A stretch of DNA of 62,597 bases, counting the filler. It is 8 parts of 8 records of this genome, joined end to end, with 100 filler letters (N's around TTAATTAATTAA, not from the genome) between each part and the next. Parts side by side here need not be neighbours in the genome. Positions count along the whole stretch, not along the records: positions 48,939 to 54,220 come from SRR31147125_53481; positions 54,321 to 62,597 come from SRR31147125_53494; 6 more parts are not named here. One strand, given 5' to 3'. Under the pieces are notes generated by a model. It was not told the origin of the DNA. It worked only from the letters and a program-made list of their open reading frames with translations, and ran no database searches. The translations under genes and the position numbers were made by a program. This document shows positions 51,157 through 61,394 of the stretch, piece by piece (the stretch's first letter is position 1; each line of letters begins with the position of its first letter).

Positions 51157-51810
51157 TTATACCTCCATTTTGATTAAGTTTTCTGAAATTACTAATTTAG
51201 CTTCTGTTGCTTCTTGTATCTCTTCTATTGTAAATTCTGGATTATACTCCGTTAATAATAATCCTTCTTTTGTTACATCTATTACTGCCATCTCCGTAAT
51301 AATTTTATGAACCTTTCCTTTTGCTGTAAACGGAAGTGTACACTCTTTTAGAATTTTTTTCTTTCCCCTTGCTGTATGGGTCATAGCAATAATAACTTTC
51401 TTTGAACCAACTACTAGATCCATTGCTCCACCCATTCTAGGAACCATCTTCCACGGAATAATCCAGTTAGCTAAATTTCCACTTTCATCAACCTGAAGTG
51501 CACCAAGCACAGTTACATCAACATGTCTGCCTCGAATAATCGAAAATGAAGTAGCACTATCAAAATACGCTCCACCCTCTACCATTGTTACAGGCTGACC
51601 TCCTGCATTTGTTAGATCCATATCAACACAATCTTCAGCTGGAGCAGTTCCTAAATTAATAAGTCCATTTTCTGATTGAAAAAACACCTCTGTATCTTCT
51701 GGAATGTAATTCGCAGCAAGCGTAGGAAGTCCTATACCTAAATTAACTACATCTCCATCCTTTAATTCTTTCACAACTCTTTTAGCTATAAGTTCTTTAA
51801 TATTTGCCAT
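51157..51810 (-). CDS. atoA: Acetoacetate:butyrate/acetate CoA-transferase subunit B
   Basis: VNLGIGLPT, QSENG (catalytic Glu), NAGG, MGGAMDLV. Confidence 0.9.
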   Translation of the reverse strand: MANIKELIAKRVVKELKDGDVVNLGIGLPTLAANYIPEDTEVFFQSENGLINLGTAPAEDCVDMDLTNAGGQPVTMVEGGAYFDSATSFSIIRGRHVDVTVLGALQVDESGNLANWIIPWKMVPRMGGAMDLVVGSKKVIIAMTHTARGKKKILKECTLPFTAKGKVHKIITEMAVIDVTKEGLLLTEYNPEFTIEEIQEATEAKLVISENLIKMEV

Positions 51811-52463
51811 TATTCTCCCTCCTTGATAATTGTATTTACAAAAATATGCGGCGTAACAATTATTTCGGGGTCGATAGTTCCACGCTTAACAATAGTTCTA
51901 GGACAAACTATTACATGATCAGCAGACATTGCCATAATAGGGTTGAAGTTTCTCATTGTTTTAGAATAAGTTAAATTACCTAATTCATCACACTCATTTG
52001 CATTAATCAAAGCAAAATCCCCTTTTATAGGTAACTCAAGCAGATAATCTACACCATCTATAGTTTTTACTTCTTTTCCATCCTGTACAATAGTTCCAAC
52101 ACCTGTAGGAGTTAAAAAACCTCCAAGTCCTACACCATGAGCTCTGATTCTTTCTGCTAAAGTCCCTTGAGGTATTAATTCAACTTCAAGAGTTCCATCA
52201 GCCATTTTTTCCCCAACTTGTGGGTTTAAGCCAACATGTGAAGCATATAATTTTTTTACTTGTCCATTAGATATAAGTTTCCCTACACCTTTATCTATAT
52301 AACCTCCGTCATTACAGATAATTGTTAAATCTTTGACATTTTTTTCAACAAGTGCGTCTATTATTGGTTCAGGTGAACCACAAGACATAAACCCACCTAC
52401 AAGTAGCACTGAGCCGTCATTTATCTGACTAATTGCCTCCTGCATACTCTTAAATTTGTTCAT
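51810..52463 (-). CDS. atoD: Acetoacetate:butyrate/acetate CoA-transferase subunit A
   Basis: VGGF, PQGTLAERIRA, TPTGVGT, GNL..RNFNP. Confidence 0.9.
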   Translation of the reverse strand: MNKFKSMQEAISQINDGSVLLVGGFMSCGSPEPIIDALVEKNVKDLTIICNDGGYIDKGVGKLISNGQVKKLYASHVGLNPQVGEKMADGTLEVELIPQGTLAERIRAHGVGLGGFLTPTGVGTIVQDGKEVKTIDGVDYLLELPIKGDFALINANECDELGNLTYSKTMRNFNPIMAMSADHVIVCPRTIVKRGTIDPEIIVTPHIFVNTIIKEGE

Positions 52464-52765
52464 ATTTCTAACCTCCGTTAAAATTGTTTATATAATAAGA
52501 CAATCTAAAAAATAGTATCCACTCGGACTATCTTAATTGTCATAATTTTCAAATTTTTATTAATTAAGTTTTGATTGAGTTTTAGGCATTATACAAAGCA
52601 TTTTAGTTATATCTGTGGGTCATATCTATAGAAGTTTTGATTATTCAAAATTTCATTATCATCTTAATATATAGAAGGTATGTTAAAAATAAATAGATGA
52701 TTATAGATTAAAGCAGTGACCCGCTGCTGAATAGCTTGTATAGTTATGAAAATTTATTATTGTGA

Positions 52766-54073
52766 TTACATTTGGAAATCTTTATTAAACTTATGTTCAT
52801 TTACTATAGAGATTAATAAAATGTTTATAAATAATATAATGATAAAGACAACATATACTCCTCTAAGCGTTCCTACTAGCTTCATAGAAAGTCCACTTAA
52901 CATGAAGTTTAGTGATGTAATTATCCCCTGAATAGGAAATATAACGCTGTTAACTTTCTCAAATCCAAACCTTCCAAATACTGCTGATGGAAGTGATGTT
53001 GTAAAGTTAGCTGACCCTCCAATTGCCATTCCCACCATAAAGATAGAGATATAAATACCTATTTTAGTCTCAGAAACATTAAGTGTAAGAGCAATTATAT
53101 ACCATATTGCAAATACTATCATTGCAAATTTAGTTCCTTTTTTAGTATCAATAACGCCAAATGCCCAAGAGCCCACAACTCCAATTGCAGCTAAAACAGT
53201 CATTATTGAGATAGCCTGAATTTCCGTAAATCCAAGCTGCATATTTCTAACAACTAACTGTGTCATTACTCCAACAGTTACCAGTTGAAATATCCCTGTT
53301 GTAATAGCAGTAAGCCACAACTCTCTTTCTGCTAATAATTTGGAAGTAGTCCATCCACCTGTTGCATCATGAGAATCATCATGTGCATACTGCTCTTCAT
53401 ACTCCGCTTTTGTTACATTATCAGGATATTGACCTCTCTCTTCAGGAGTATCTTTGATTAATAATAAACCTATAATACCGACTATCATTACCCCTAAACT
53501 TGGTACAACTAATCCTGTTCTAAAACCTAAAGTGTTTACTAAAAATGCAATCATTGGTACATAAAAAGCTGATGCCAAGTTATGTCCCATTGTTGTATAT
53601 CCCATTACTATCCCTTTTTTCTTAGGGAACCATTTTGCCACCAATGTTCCTCCAGCTATATATCCGCCAGACATAACTGAACCTGTTACGATACATAGAC
53701 AAACTGCGTACATAGTAATAGATGTAGACATCCCAATTCCCATATAAGCAAAACCAGCCATAAGCATACAAATAAATGAAGTTTTTCGAGCTCCTATTCG
53801 TATATTTATTTGACCAAATATAATAAAGAATAAGAATCCAATTAATCCTGCAACTGTCCCCATACTAATTACAGTTGGATATGGGGTATTAGTTAATTTC
53901 GCAAATGTAGGAGCTGTGATATTTGACCCATCATTTACCATCCCAACATAAAACCAAAACATTGCCGCGCAATAGATGATTACTCCCCATCCACTTTTAC
54001 CAAAATTATTAAGACTCTTTTTCTCGTTTTTAGAGATTGCCGCTTCATTACTATTTAAGTTACTTTGACTCAT
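52766..54073 (-). CDS. MFS transporter (OFA-like)
   Basis: About 12 TM segments, WFPKKKGIVMG, DTPEERG. Confidence 0.85.
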   Translation of the reverse strand: MSQSNLNSNEAAISKNEKKSLNNFGKSGWGVIIYCAAMFWFYVGMVNDGSNITAPTFAKLTNTPYPTVISMGTVAGLIGFLFFIIFGQINIRIGARKTSFICMLMAGFAYMGIGMSTSITMYAVCLCIVTGSVMSGGYIAGGTLVAKWFPKKKGIVMGYTTMGHNLASAFYVPMIAFLVNTLGFRTGLVVPSLGVMIVGIIGLLLIKDTPEERGQYPDNVTKAEYEEQYAHDDSHDATGGWTTSKLLAERELWLTAITTGIFQLVTVGVMTQLVVRNMQLGFTEIQAISIMTVLAAIGVVGSWAFGVIDTKKGTKFAMIVFAIWYIIALTLNVSETKIGIYISIFMVGMAIGGSANFTTSLPSAVFGRFGFEKVNSVIFPIQGIITSLNFMLSGLSMKLVGTLRGVYVVFIIILFINILLISIVNEHKFNKDFQM

Positions 54074-54220
54074 AGCTATAAACCTCCGTTTTAAATTAAT
54101 TAATTTCTATCATCCTTAAACCCACTAATTAATTTCCTTTAGATAAGTTTTAGTTTCTTATTGATACAGCCTCTTCACTAAACACAAAACTTTGGATGTT
54201 TAAGCTCGACGCTGTACTCG

Positions 54221-54320
54221 NNNNNNNNNNNNNNNNNNNNNNNNNNNNNNNNNNNNNNNNNNNNTTAATTAATTAANNNNNNNNNNNNNNNNNNNNNNNN
54301 NNNNNNNNNNNNNNNNNNNN
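54221..54320. other. Artificial contig spacer
   Basis: N-run with TTAATTAATTAA. Confidence 0.99.
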
Positions 54321-55103
54321 CCGAAACGCCTGAGCATAAATTCCAGCTTGTTCTTTCCCGATTGGATCAGGGAGAAGGCGCTCCAAAAGGACTGAATCCA
54401 TTCGGTTGTAGAATGACATAAGCAGGATGAGTAGTGCGTATGGGTAGCTTTTACGAAGAAAAACCAAAAAGAAACTGAAGTTAAACCTAAAGCGTATTTT
54501 GCCTGAATAAAAAAGAACTGTTGCAAATGTAATTAGGCTGGAAGCAGCATAGGCTGCTGTTTGAGCGTAAACAAACCATTCGATGGAAAAATAGCCACCA
54601 AACCAGCCTGTGAATAGTAATACTCCACAAAAGAGGATCATCAGGCTACGATCGAGCACCGATAGTAAGCTGTCTGTTCTGAAAAAGTGTAATCCGCTAA
54701 TGTTCGAGCGGAGATATAAGGTAAATGAAATCAGAAATTGATTTAGAATAAGGAAAAACAGAAGATGAAACTGAATTTTGTTATAGCCTATAATTGCTGC
54801 TGCCAATAAGCAAATAATGGCATAAACAAAGGCTAAAAGAAACTTTAATCCAACAATATTGCTCAGGTGTTTTTGGAGCAACTTATGGTTTTGTGCAATG
54901 TTTCGGTTGTTGAAATTAGTAATTCCCAAATCAAGCAAGATGTTGAGAATCATGGAGAAATTTAGTAGCGAAAAGTATAAACCGTAACTTTCGGCACCAA
55001 CGAGGTTTTGTACGGTACGATCAATCCCAAATATCCAGAAAGGCTTGATTAAAATATTCAGAAAAAGAATTAGTAGTAAATTTGTAACAAACTTTCGTTT
55101 CAA
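54321..55103 (-). CDS. Polysaccharide flippase (Wzx-like), 3' partial
   Basis: NILIKPFWIFGID..YGLY..LDLGI..RNIAQ..RMDSVLL..GIYAQAFR; probable TTG start at 55103. Confidence 0.85.
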
Positions 55104-55198
55104 AGCCCGTTTCTTTAGCAGATTAATTTTCATAAAAGTAAGCATTTTTAGGCAGACTTCGTACATTTGAGTTGAAAACTCCGAAATCAAAAAATTAG

Positions 55199-56326
55199 AT
55201 GATCATAGCCGTAAATACCCGTTTATTGCAAAAAGAGAAACTGGAAGGGATTGGATGGTTTACTCAGGAAACGCTTTCGAGGATTACCCGGAATCATCCC
55301 GATCATCAGTTTATTTTTATTTTTGACCGTCCGTACGATGACGAGTTTATTTTTTCTGAAAATGTTACCCCTGTTGTTATTTCGCCAGCAACACGACATC
55401 CGTTTTTGTGGTATTTTTGGTTTCAGCTCCAGATTCCCAGAGTTCTGAAAAAGTACAAAGTTGACCTGTTTTTATCTCCTGATGGATACTTGTCATTAAA
55501 TACAAATGTGAGACAGTTGGCTGTAATTCATGATATTAATTTTGCTCACCGACCAAAAGATTTGCCTTGGTTAACGGCGAAATATTACAATCATTTCTTC
55601 CCAAAGTTTGCGAAGAAGGCTAAGCGGTTGGCAACTGTATCCTATTTTTCTAAAGAAGACATTGCACGAACATACGAACTTGACCCTGAGAAAATTGATG
55701 TAGTTTATAATGGAGTAAATACAATGTATGCTCCAACTAGTGAAAAAGAACAAAAAGCTACCCGAGAAAAGTATGTTTCGGGGAATGACTATTTCCTGTA
55801 TATCGGATCGCTACATCCACGTAAAAATGTTTGTGGCTTATTACGAGCGTATGATGCATTTCGAACAACTGTAGATAAACCTGTTAAACTTGTTATTACT
55901 GGTGGGGCAATGTTCAAGACAACTGAAATTACAAAGACCTATGAAGGCATGCGCTATAAGGATGATGTTGTATTTACCGGACGCCTTACAACAGAGGACT
56001 TGCATCAGGTACTTGGAGCTGCTCTTTCGTTAACTTTTGTTCCATACTTTGAGGGATTTGGGATTCCTGTAATTGAAGGAATGAGTGCTGGCATACCTGT
56101 TATATGCTCCAATACAACATCGTTGCCCGAGGTTGGTGGAGATGCAGTTTTATATTCTGATCCCTATGAGGTTAGCCAAATAAAAGATGCCATGGTTAGG
56201 GTTGCTGAAGATTCAGATTTAAGAGCTGAGTTAATTGAAAAAGGAAGATTACAACAGCAAAAATTTAGCTGGGATAAAACTGCAGAACAGCTTTGGGGTA
56301 GTATTCAGATTTGTTTAAATACCTAA
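55199..56326 (+). CDS. GT4 glycosyltransferase
   Basis: IHD, GSLHPRKN, EGFGIPVIEGM, SLPEV. Confidence 0.92.
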   Translation: MIIAVNTRLLQKEKLEGIGWFTQETLSRITRNHPDHQFIFIFDRPYDDEFIFSENVTPVVISPATRHPFLWYFWFQLQIPRVLKKYKVDLFLSPDGYLSLNTNVRQLAVIHDINFAHRPKDLPWLTAKYYNHFFPKFAKKAKRLATVSYFSKEDIARTYELDPEKIDVVYNGVNTMYAPTSEKEQKATREKYVSGNDYFLYIGSLHPRKNVCGLLRAYDAFRTTVDKPVKLVITGGAMFKTTEITKTYEGMRYKDDVVFTGRLTTEDLHQVLGAALSLTFVPYFEGFGIPVIEGMSAGIPVICSNTTSLPEVGGDAVLYSDPYEVSQIKDAMVRVAEDSDLRAELIEKGRLQQQKFSWDKTAEQLWGSIQICLNT

Positions 56327-56347
56327 TTTAGTAGCGAGTCACGAGTA

Positions 56348-56965
56348 ATGAGTTACGAGAAAAAAGCCTTAGAATTATTTTTGGAAGAAGGACGTATTGA
56401 AGCTGGTTGTGATGAAGCCGGGCGTGGATGTTTGGCTGGACCGGTTGTTGCCGCAGCAGTAATATTGCCTCCTGATTTTAAGAATGATATCTTGAATGAT
56501 TCTAAAAAGCTTTCCGAAAAGCAACGATATTCTCTTCGCCCAATTATTGAAGAGCAAGCTATTGCCTATGCTGTTGGTGTTGTTGATAATGAAGAAATTG
56601 ATAAAATCAATATTTTAAATGCATCTTTTCTAGCAATGCACCGTGCTGTCGAGCAGTTGATCAAATTCCCTGAACATCTTTTGATTGATGGAAATCGATT
56701 TAAGCCGTATCCAGAAATTGAGCATACTTGTGTGATTAAGGGTGATGGTAAATTTTTGCCTATTGCTGCTGCATCCATTTTAGCTAAAACTTATCGGGAT
56801 GATTTTATGGAAGAGCTGCATCAAAAGTTTCCTTATTATCAATGGGATAAGAATAAAGGATATCCAACAAAAGCTCATCGTAATGCAATAAAGTTAAATG
56901 GAATTACTGATTATCATCGAAAAAGCTTTCGATTATTGGCAGATCAGTTCACAATAGAATTCTAA
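56348..56965 (+). CDS. rnhB: Ribonuclease HII
   Basis: [36 protein letters not shown]. Confidence 0.96.
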   Translation: MSYEKKALELFLEEGRIEAGCDEAGRGCLAGPVVAAAVILPPDFKNDILNDSKKLSEKQRYSLRPIIEEQAIAYAVGVVDNEEIDKINILNASFLAMHRAVEQLIKFPEHLLIDGNRFKPYPEIEHTCVIKGDGKFLPIAAASILAKTYRDDFMEELHQKFPYYQWDKNKGYPTKAHRNAIKLNGITDYHRKSFRLLADQFTIEF

Positions 56966-57047
56966 ATATTTGTTAATAAGTCTTTTAAAAATGCTGCGGT
57001 ATTTGCACCTTTGCATTCCAATATGTAAACCAATGAGCCCTGTAAGC

Positions 57048-58298
57048 ATGAAGTCGAAATTGATATCTTATTCAATATTTCTTTTTAGTTTCTTTTTAGT
57101 AATTCCAGTAACTTCTCTTTGTAAAGTACCAGATGGAACAACAGTTGATGTTAATATCTTTCTGGATACCCGCAGTATTGATGTAACTCATTTGCGCCAG
57201 GAAATTAAGCATGTTAATTATTCAAGAACCAGTGAGTCTGCAAATGTTCACCTTTTAAATACGGTTGAAAGAACAGGCGGTGCAGGAAGAAAATATATCT
57301 TTTATTTTATTGGTGCTAAGGAGTTTGAAGGTCTTTCTGATACCCTATTCTATTATTCATCGGCAGACAAAACCAGCTCTGAGGTTAGGGATGACTATAC
57401 CAATATTATTAGAATGGGTTTGGCTCGTTATCTTGCCCATGGGGCTCACGTTGTTGATGTTAAGTTTAATGGTGAGCACAAGATGAAAGAAACTGAGATT
57501 GTTGACAAGTGGAACAACTGGGTTTTTAGAGTTCATGGAACAACAGATATCAGCGGAGAAGAAGCAGAGCGAGAATTTGATTTAGCTATGGCATTGGATG
57601 CTGAACGTATTACTCCGGAATGGCGTTTTGAGTTTGATGTTGATAATGTATATGAAGAGGATTGGTATAAAAATGATGAAGAGGAAATTATAGCAACTAA
57701 AACCAGAAAAAGTTTTGAAAGTCTGATTGTTAAAAGTATTGGAGATCACATGGCTGTGGGATTGCAAAGTGGTATTTCCTCAAGCTCGTATAGTAATGTG
57801 AAATTGAATTATTGGGCTTTCCCGGCAATCGAGTATAACTTATTCCCTTACGAACAATCCAGTAGAAAGCAACTTCGTCTTTCCTATTTTGTGGGATACA
57901 ATGGGAGGGAATATATCGACACCACTATCTTTAATAAGATTGAAGAAGATCTGTTCCGACAAACTTTTGCCATTGCTTATAAAGTGAAAGAGAAATGGGG
58001 ATCAGCCTATACCTCTGTTTCAGCACGTAGTTACTTTCACGATTTTGATAAAAACAGTCTGGCTATTTATTCAGGTTTGTTTCTAAGAGTTTATAAAGGC
58101 TTGTCCTTAAACGTTTCAGGAAACTATTCAATCATTAACGACCGGTTATCAACTAAAAAGGGAGATGCCACATTAGAAGAAATCTTATTGAAGCAGAGAC
58201 AGCAGGCAACCGCCTATAAATATCAGTTAAGGCTTGGCTTGTCGTTTACGTTTGGTTCATTGTTCAACAATGTTGTAAATCCCAGACTAAAAGGATAG
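57048..58298 (+). CDS. Hypothetical secreted or outer-membrane beta-barrel protein
   Basis: Signal-like N-terminus; amphipathic strands with aromatic residues; ends LGLSFTFGS..VVNPR. Confidence 0.6.
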   Translation: MKSKLISYSIFLFSFFLVIPVTSLCKVPDGTTVDVNIFLDTRSIDVTHLRQEIKHVNYSRTSESANVHLLNTVERTGGAGRKYIFYFIGAKEFEGLSDTLFYYSSADKTSSEVRDDYTNIIRMGLARYLAHGAHVVDVKFNGEHKMKETEIVDKWNNWVFRVHGTTDISGEEAEREFDLAMALDAERITPEWRFEFDVDNVYEEDWYKNDEEEIIATKTRKSFESLIVKSIGDHMAVGLQSGISSSSYSNVKLNYWAFPAIEYNLFPYEQSSRKQLRLSYFVGYNGREYIDTTIFNKIEEDLFRQTFAIAYKVKEKWGSAYTSVSARSYFHDFDKNSLAIYSGLFLRVYKGLSLNVSGNYSIINDRLSTKKGDATLEEILLKQRQQATAYKYQLRLGLSFTFGSLFNNVVNPRLKG

Positions 58299-58431
58299 TT
58301 TTTTATTTTCAATTCAGTAAGTTTATTTCCACCTCTCTTATTCCTATTATTTAGTATTTTAAACTTTCGGGTTTCCACATACTAAATTTTAGGTTATTTT
58401 TGTTTTCACTAAGAATCAATATCCTTTTACT

Positions 58432-59226
58432 ATGAGTTTTAAATCATATCTCGTTAGTAAAGATTTCTGGAAGAATTTGCTTATTGCAATATTGGGAACT
58501 TTCGGAGTCTTGTTTATTACGATGTTTGCGGTTCGAATTTATACCAATCATGGTAAATCTTTTGCTGTGCCCGATTTTGATGGAATGAATATGGAAGAGG
58601 TTGCTGGAATAATTGAGCAGAAGGAACTTCAATATGAAATAATTGATTCTCTGTATTTGATTAATGCAGACCCCGGGAGTGTTGTTGATCAAGTGCCAGA
58701 TGCAGGATCACTTGTAAAAGAGGGTAGAACAATATTTCTTACAATATGTGCTCTTAATCCTGAACAAATAGCGATGCCAAAGCTTATTGATATTTCATAT
58801 CGGCAAGCCCTTAATATTATGCAGAGTTTTGGGTTGAATGTTGGACAAATTACCTATGTCCCTTCTGAATATCCTAATTTGGTATTGGAGCAACAGATGG
58901 ACAGTGCTGTAATTGAGGAGGGAACACTCATTAGTAAAGGTTCTTTTATTGATTTAACTGTTGGCGAAATTAGTTCTGGTGAAAAAACGTTTGTTCCATA
59001 CTTGATACGTGTAAATCTGGAACAAGCACAGCAGCTTATTGCTGAATCAAAATTAAATATGGGAGCTATTATTTACGATGATTCATTTTTAACGATGGAA
59101 GATAGCCTTAATGCAAAGGTATGGCAACAAAGACCAATGGCTGAAGATGGCGCAGAAATTCATCAGGGGAGTTCGATAGATTTGTGGTTAACGGTAGATG
59201 AAGATCGGTTGAATGATACTAAGTAG
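58432..59226 (+). CDS. PASTA-domain protein
   Basis: N-terminal TM, three PASTA repeats (VPDFDGM, MPKLID, VPYLI). Confidence 0.88.
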   Translation: MSFKSYLVSKDFWKNLLIAILGTFGVLFITMFAVRIYTNHGKSFAVPDFDGMNMEEVAGIIEQKELQYEIIDSLYLINADPGSVVDQVPDAGSLVKEGRTIFLTICALNPEQIAMPKLIDISYRQALNIMQSFGLNVGQITYVPSEYPNLVLEQQMDSAVIEEGTLISKGSFIDLTVGEISSGEKTFVPYLIRVNLEQAQQLIAESKLNMGAIIYDDSFLTMEDSLNAKVWQQRPMAEDGAEIHQGSSIDLWLTVDEDRLNDTK

Positions 59227-59232
59227 AATAGA

Positions 59233-60288
59233 ATGGTAGATGAAAATAATGATATAGTTAACGAACAAGATGAAGCCGGAGAAGGTGAAATGTATGAGCA
59301 TTATAAGCTTATTGTTGACCCCGGGCAGATGTTGTTACGTGTAGATAAATATTTGGTTAACCGAATAGATAATGCTTCTCGTAGTCGCATTCAGGCAGCT
59401 GCAGATGCTGGGAATATTCTGGTGAATCAGAAATCGGTGAAATCTAATTACAAAGTTAAGCCTGGAGATGAAGTTGCAATTGTAATGGATTATCCAAAAA
59501 GAGAGCTTAAGATTCTTCCTGAAGAAATTCCTTTAAATATTGTTTATGAAGATGATGAGTTAATCATTATTAATAAGCAGCCGGGCTTAGTTGTTCATCC
59601 CGGACATGGGAATTATACCGGAACTTTGGTGAATGGGCTGGCTCATTATTTTAAGGACTTACCTTTGTTTAATAGCAGTGATCCACGTCCTGGATTGGTT
59701 CATCGAATAGATAAAAATACAAGTGGGCTGATGGTGGTTGCAAAAACAGAATTGGCAAAAAATAAATTGTCCATGCAGTTTTTTGAAAAGACAACCAAGC
59801 GGGAGTACATGGCTTTAGTTTGGGGAGTGCCTAAAGAGCCTGAAGGAACTATTGAAGGGCATATTGGGCGTAGTTTGAAAAACAGGCAAGTATTCACTGT
59901 TTTTCCTGATGGCGAATATGGAAAACCTGCTGTAACTCATTATAAGTTGGAAGAGGATTTGGGTTATATTGGTCTGGTTACTTGTCGCTTAGAAACCGGA
60001 AGGACGCATCAGATTCGTGTTCATATGAAATACTTGGGGCATCCACTTTTTAATGATGATACCTATGGAGGTGACCAGATTTTAAGAGGAACTACGTTTA
60101 GTAAATACAAGCAGTTTGTAAATAACTGTTTTAAAATATTACCACGTCAGGCATTGCATGCTAAAACCCTTGGGTTTGTCCATCCGGTAACGGGCAAAGA
60201 AATGCTTTTTGATTCGGAACTGCCTGAAGATTTTAAAGGTGCAGTTGAGAAATGGCGTGATTATATCTCAAATAGAAATCAAGAATAA
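59233..60288 (+). CDS. rluD: RluA-family pseudouridine synthase
   Basis: S4 domain, NKQPGLVVHP, VHRIDKNTSG, GRTHQIRVH, QALHA. Confidence 0.92.
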   Translation: MVDENNDIVNEQDEAGEGEMYEHYKLIVDPGQMLLRVDKYLVNRIDNASRSRIQAAADAGNILVNQKSVKSNYKVKPGDEVAIVMDYPKRELKILPEEIPLNIVYEDDELIIINKQPGLVVHPGHGNYTGTLVNGLAHYFKDLPLFNSSDPRPGLVHRIDKNTSGLMVVAKTELAKNKLSMQFFEKTTKREYMALVWGVPKEPEGTIEGHIGRSLKNRQVFTVFPDGEYGKPAVTHYKLEEDLGYIGLVTCRLETGRTHQIRVHMKYLGHPLFNDDTYGGDQILRGTTFSKYKQFVNNCFKILPRQALHAKTLGFVHPVTGKEMLFDSELPEDFKGAVEKWRDYISNRNQE

Positions 60289-61268
60289 TGACAAAACCAA
60301 ATGTTGCAGTCGTTTATGGAGGTGATTCATCTGAATATGTAGTATCTGTTCAGAGTGGAAAAAATGTATTTAAATCAATCGATACAGACTTGTTCAAGCC
60401 CTGGATGGTTGAGATGAAGGGAACAGAATGGAATGTATTTAAAAATGATATTAAAATTGCAGGCATTAATAAGCATGACTTTAGTTTTACAGTGAATAAT
60501 GAGAAAGTCAAATTTGATTATGCTTACATTATTATTCATGGTACTCCTGGGGAAGATGGTATTCTTCAAGGTTATTTTGATTTGTTGAAAATTCCTTATT
60601 CCACTTGTGGGGTTCATTCCTCGGCTTTAACTTTCAATAAATATTACTGTAGTAATTTCCTCCGAAACTTCGATATTCCAATGGCGAAGTCTGTACGTTT
60701 GATGAAAGGGAATTCAATAGATACTAGCCAGTTGGTTGAAAATTTGGGCTTGCCTGTTTTTGTAAAACCAAATGCAGGGGGGTCAAGCTTTGGTATCACC
60801 AAAGTAAAAGAAGAAAGTGAATTACAATCTGCTGTTGTGAAAGCCTGGGATGAGAGTGACGAAGCACTTGTTGAAGAGTTTGTTGAAGGTGCTGAGTTTA
60901 CCTGTGGATTGGTTAAAATGAAAGATAAAGAGTTTATTTTTCCGGTTACTGAGGTTCTTCCCAAAAAAGAATTTTTCGATTTTGAAGCAAAGTATACTAA
61001 AGGGATGACCGATGAAATAACACCTGCCAGAATATCCAAAGAGCTTACTGAAAAATGTCAACAGTTGGCTTCAACGATTTATGATTTGTGTAATTGCCAA
61101 GGCATTGTAAGGGTTGATTTCATTCTGAAGAATAATGAGTTTTATTTTTTAGAAGTCAATACAACACCCGGGATGACTGCAACAAGCTTTATTCCACAAC
61201 AGATTGAAGCTATGGGAATGAGCTTAAAGAAAATGCTTGCCATGATTGTTCAAGATGGCTTATCATAA
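60288..61268 (+). CDS. ddl: D-alanine--D-alanine ligase
   Basis: GGDSSEY, HGTPGEDG, GGSSFG, DFEAKY, RVDF, EVNTTPG. Confidence 0.95.
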   Translation: MTKPNVAVVYGGDSSEYVVSVQSGKNVFKSIDTDLFKPWMVEMKGTEWNVFKNDIKIAGINKHDFSFTVNNEKVKFDYAYIIIHGTPGEDGILQGYFDLLKIPYSTCGVHSSALTFNKYYCSNFLRNFDIPMAKSVRLMKGNSIDTSQLVENLGLPVFVKPNAGGSSFGITKVKEESELQSAVVKAWDESDEALVEEFVEGAEFTCGLVKMKDKEFIFPVTEVLPKKEFFDFEAKYTKGMTDEITPARISKELTEKCQQLASTIYDLCNCQGIVRVDFILKNNEFYFLEVNTTPGMTATSFIPQQIEAMGMSLKKMLAMIVQDGLS

Positions 61269-61394
61269 AGTTGTTGAAAAAATATAATTGGAAGGAGATT
61301 AATAGGGTCTCCTTTTTTTATACCTTTAAAATCCGTTTCTGAAAAATAATGTCATTGGACAACCAAATGATATTCAACTCGTTTATAAAATAAG

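Noticed and set aside
51157-51810. AGA-to-Gly codon reassignment suggested by two AGA codons at conserved Gly sites
   Set aside because: AGA encodes conserved Arg on the same contig (IAKRV in this gene, KRTPIG in the thiolase).
14502-54320. TTAATTAATTAA recurring seven times inside N-runs
   Set aside because: Artificial contig linker with stop codons, not a biological repeat; ORFs that run into it are truncated.
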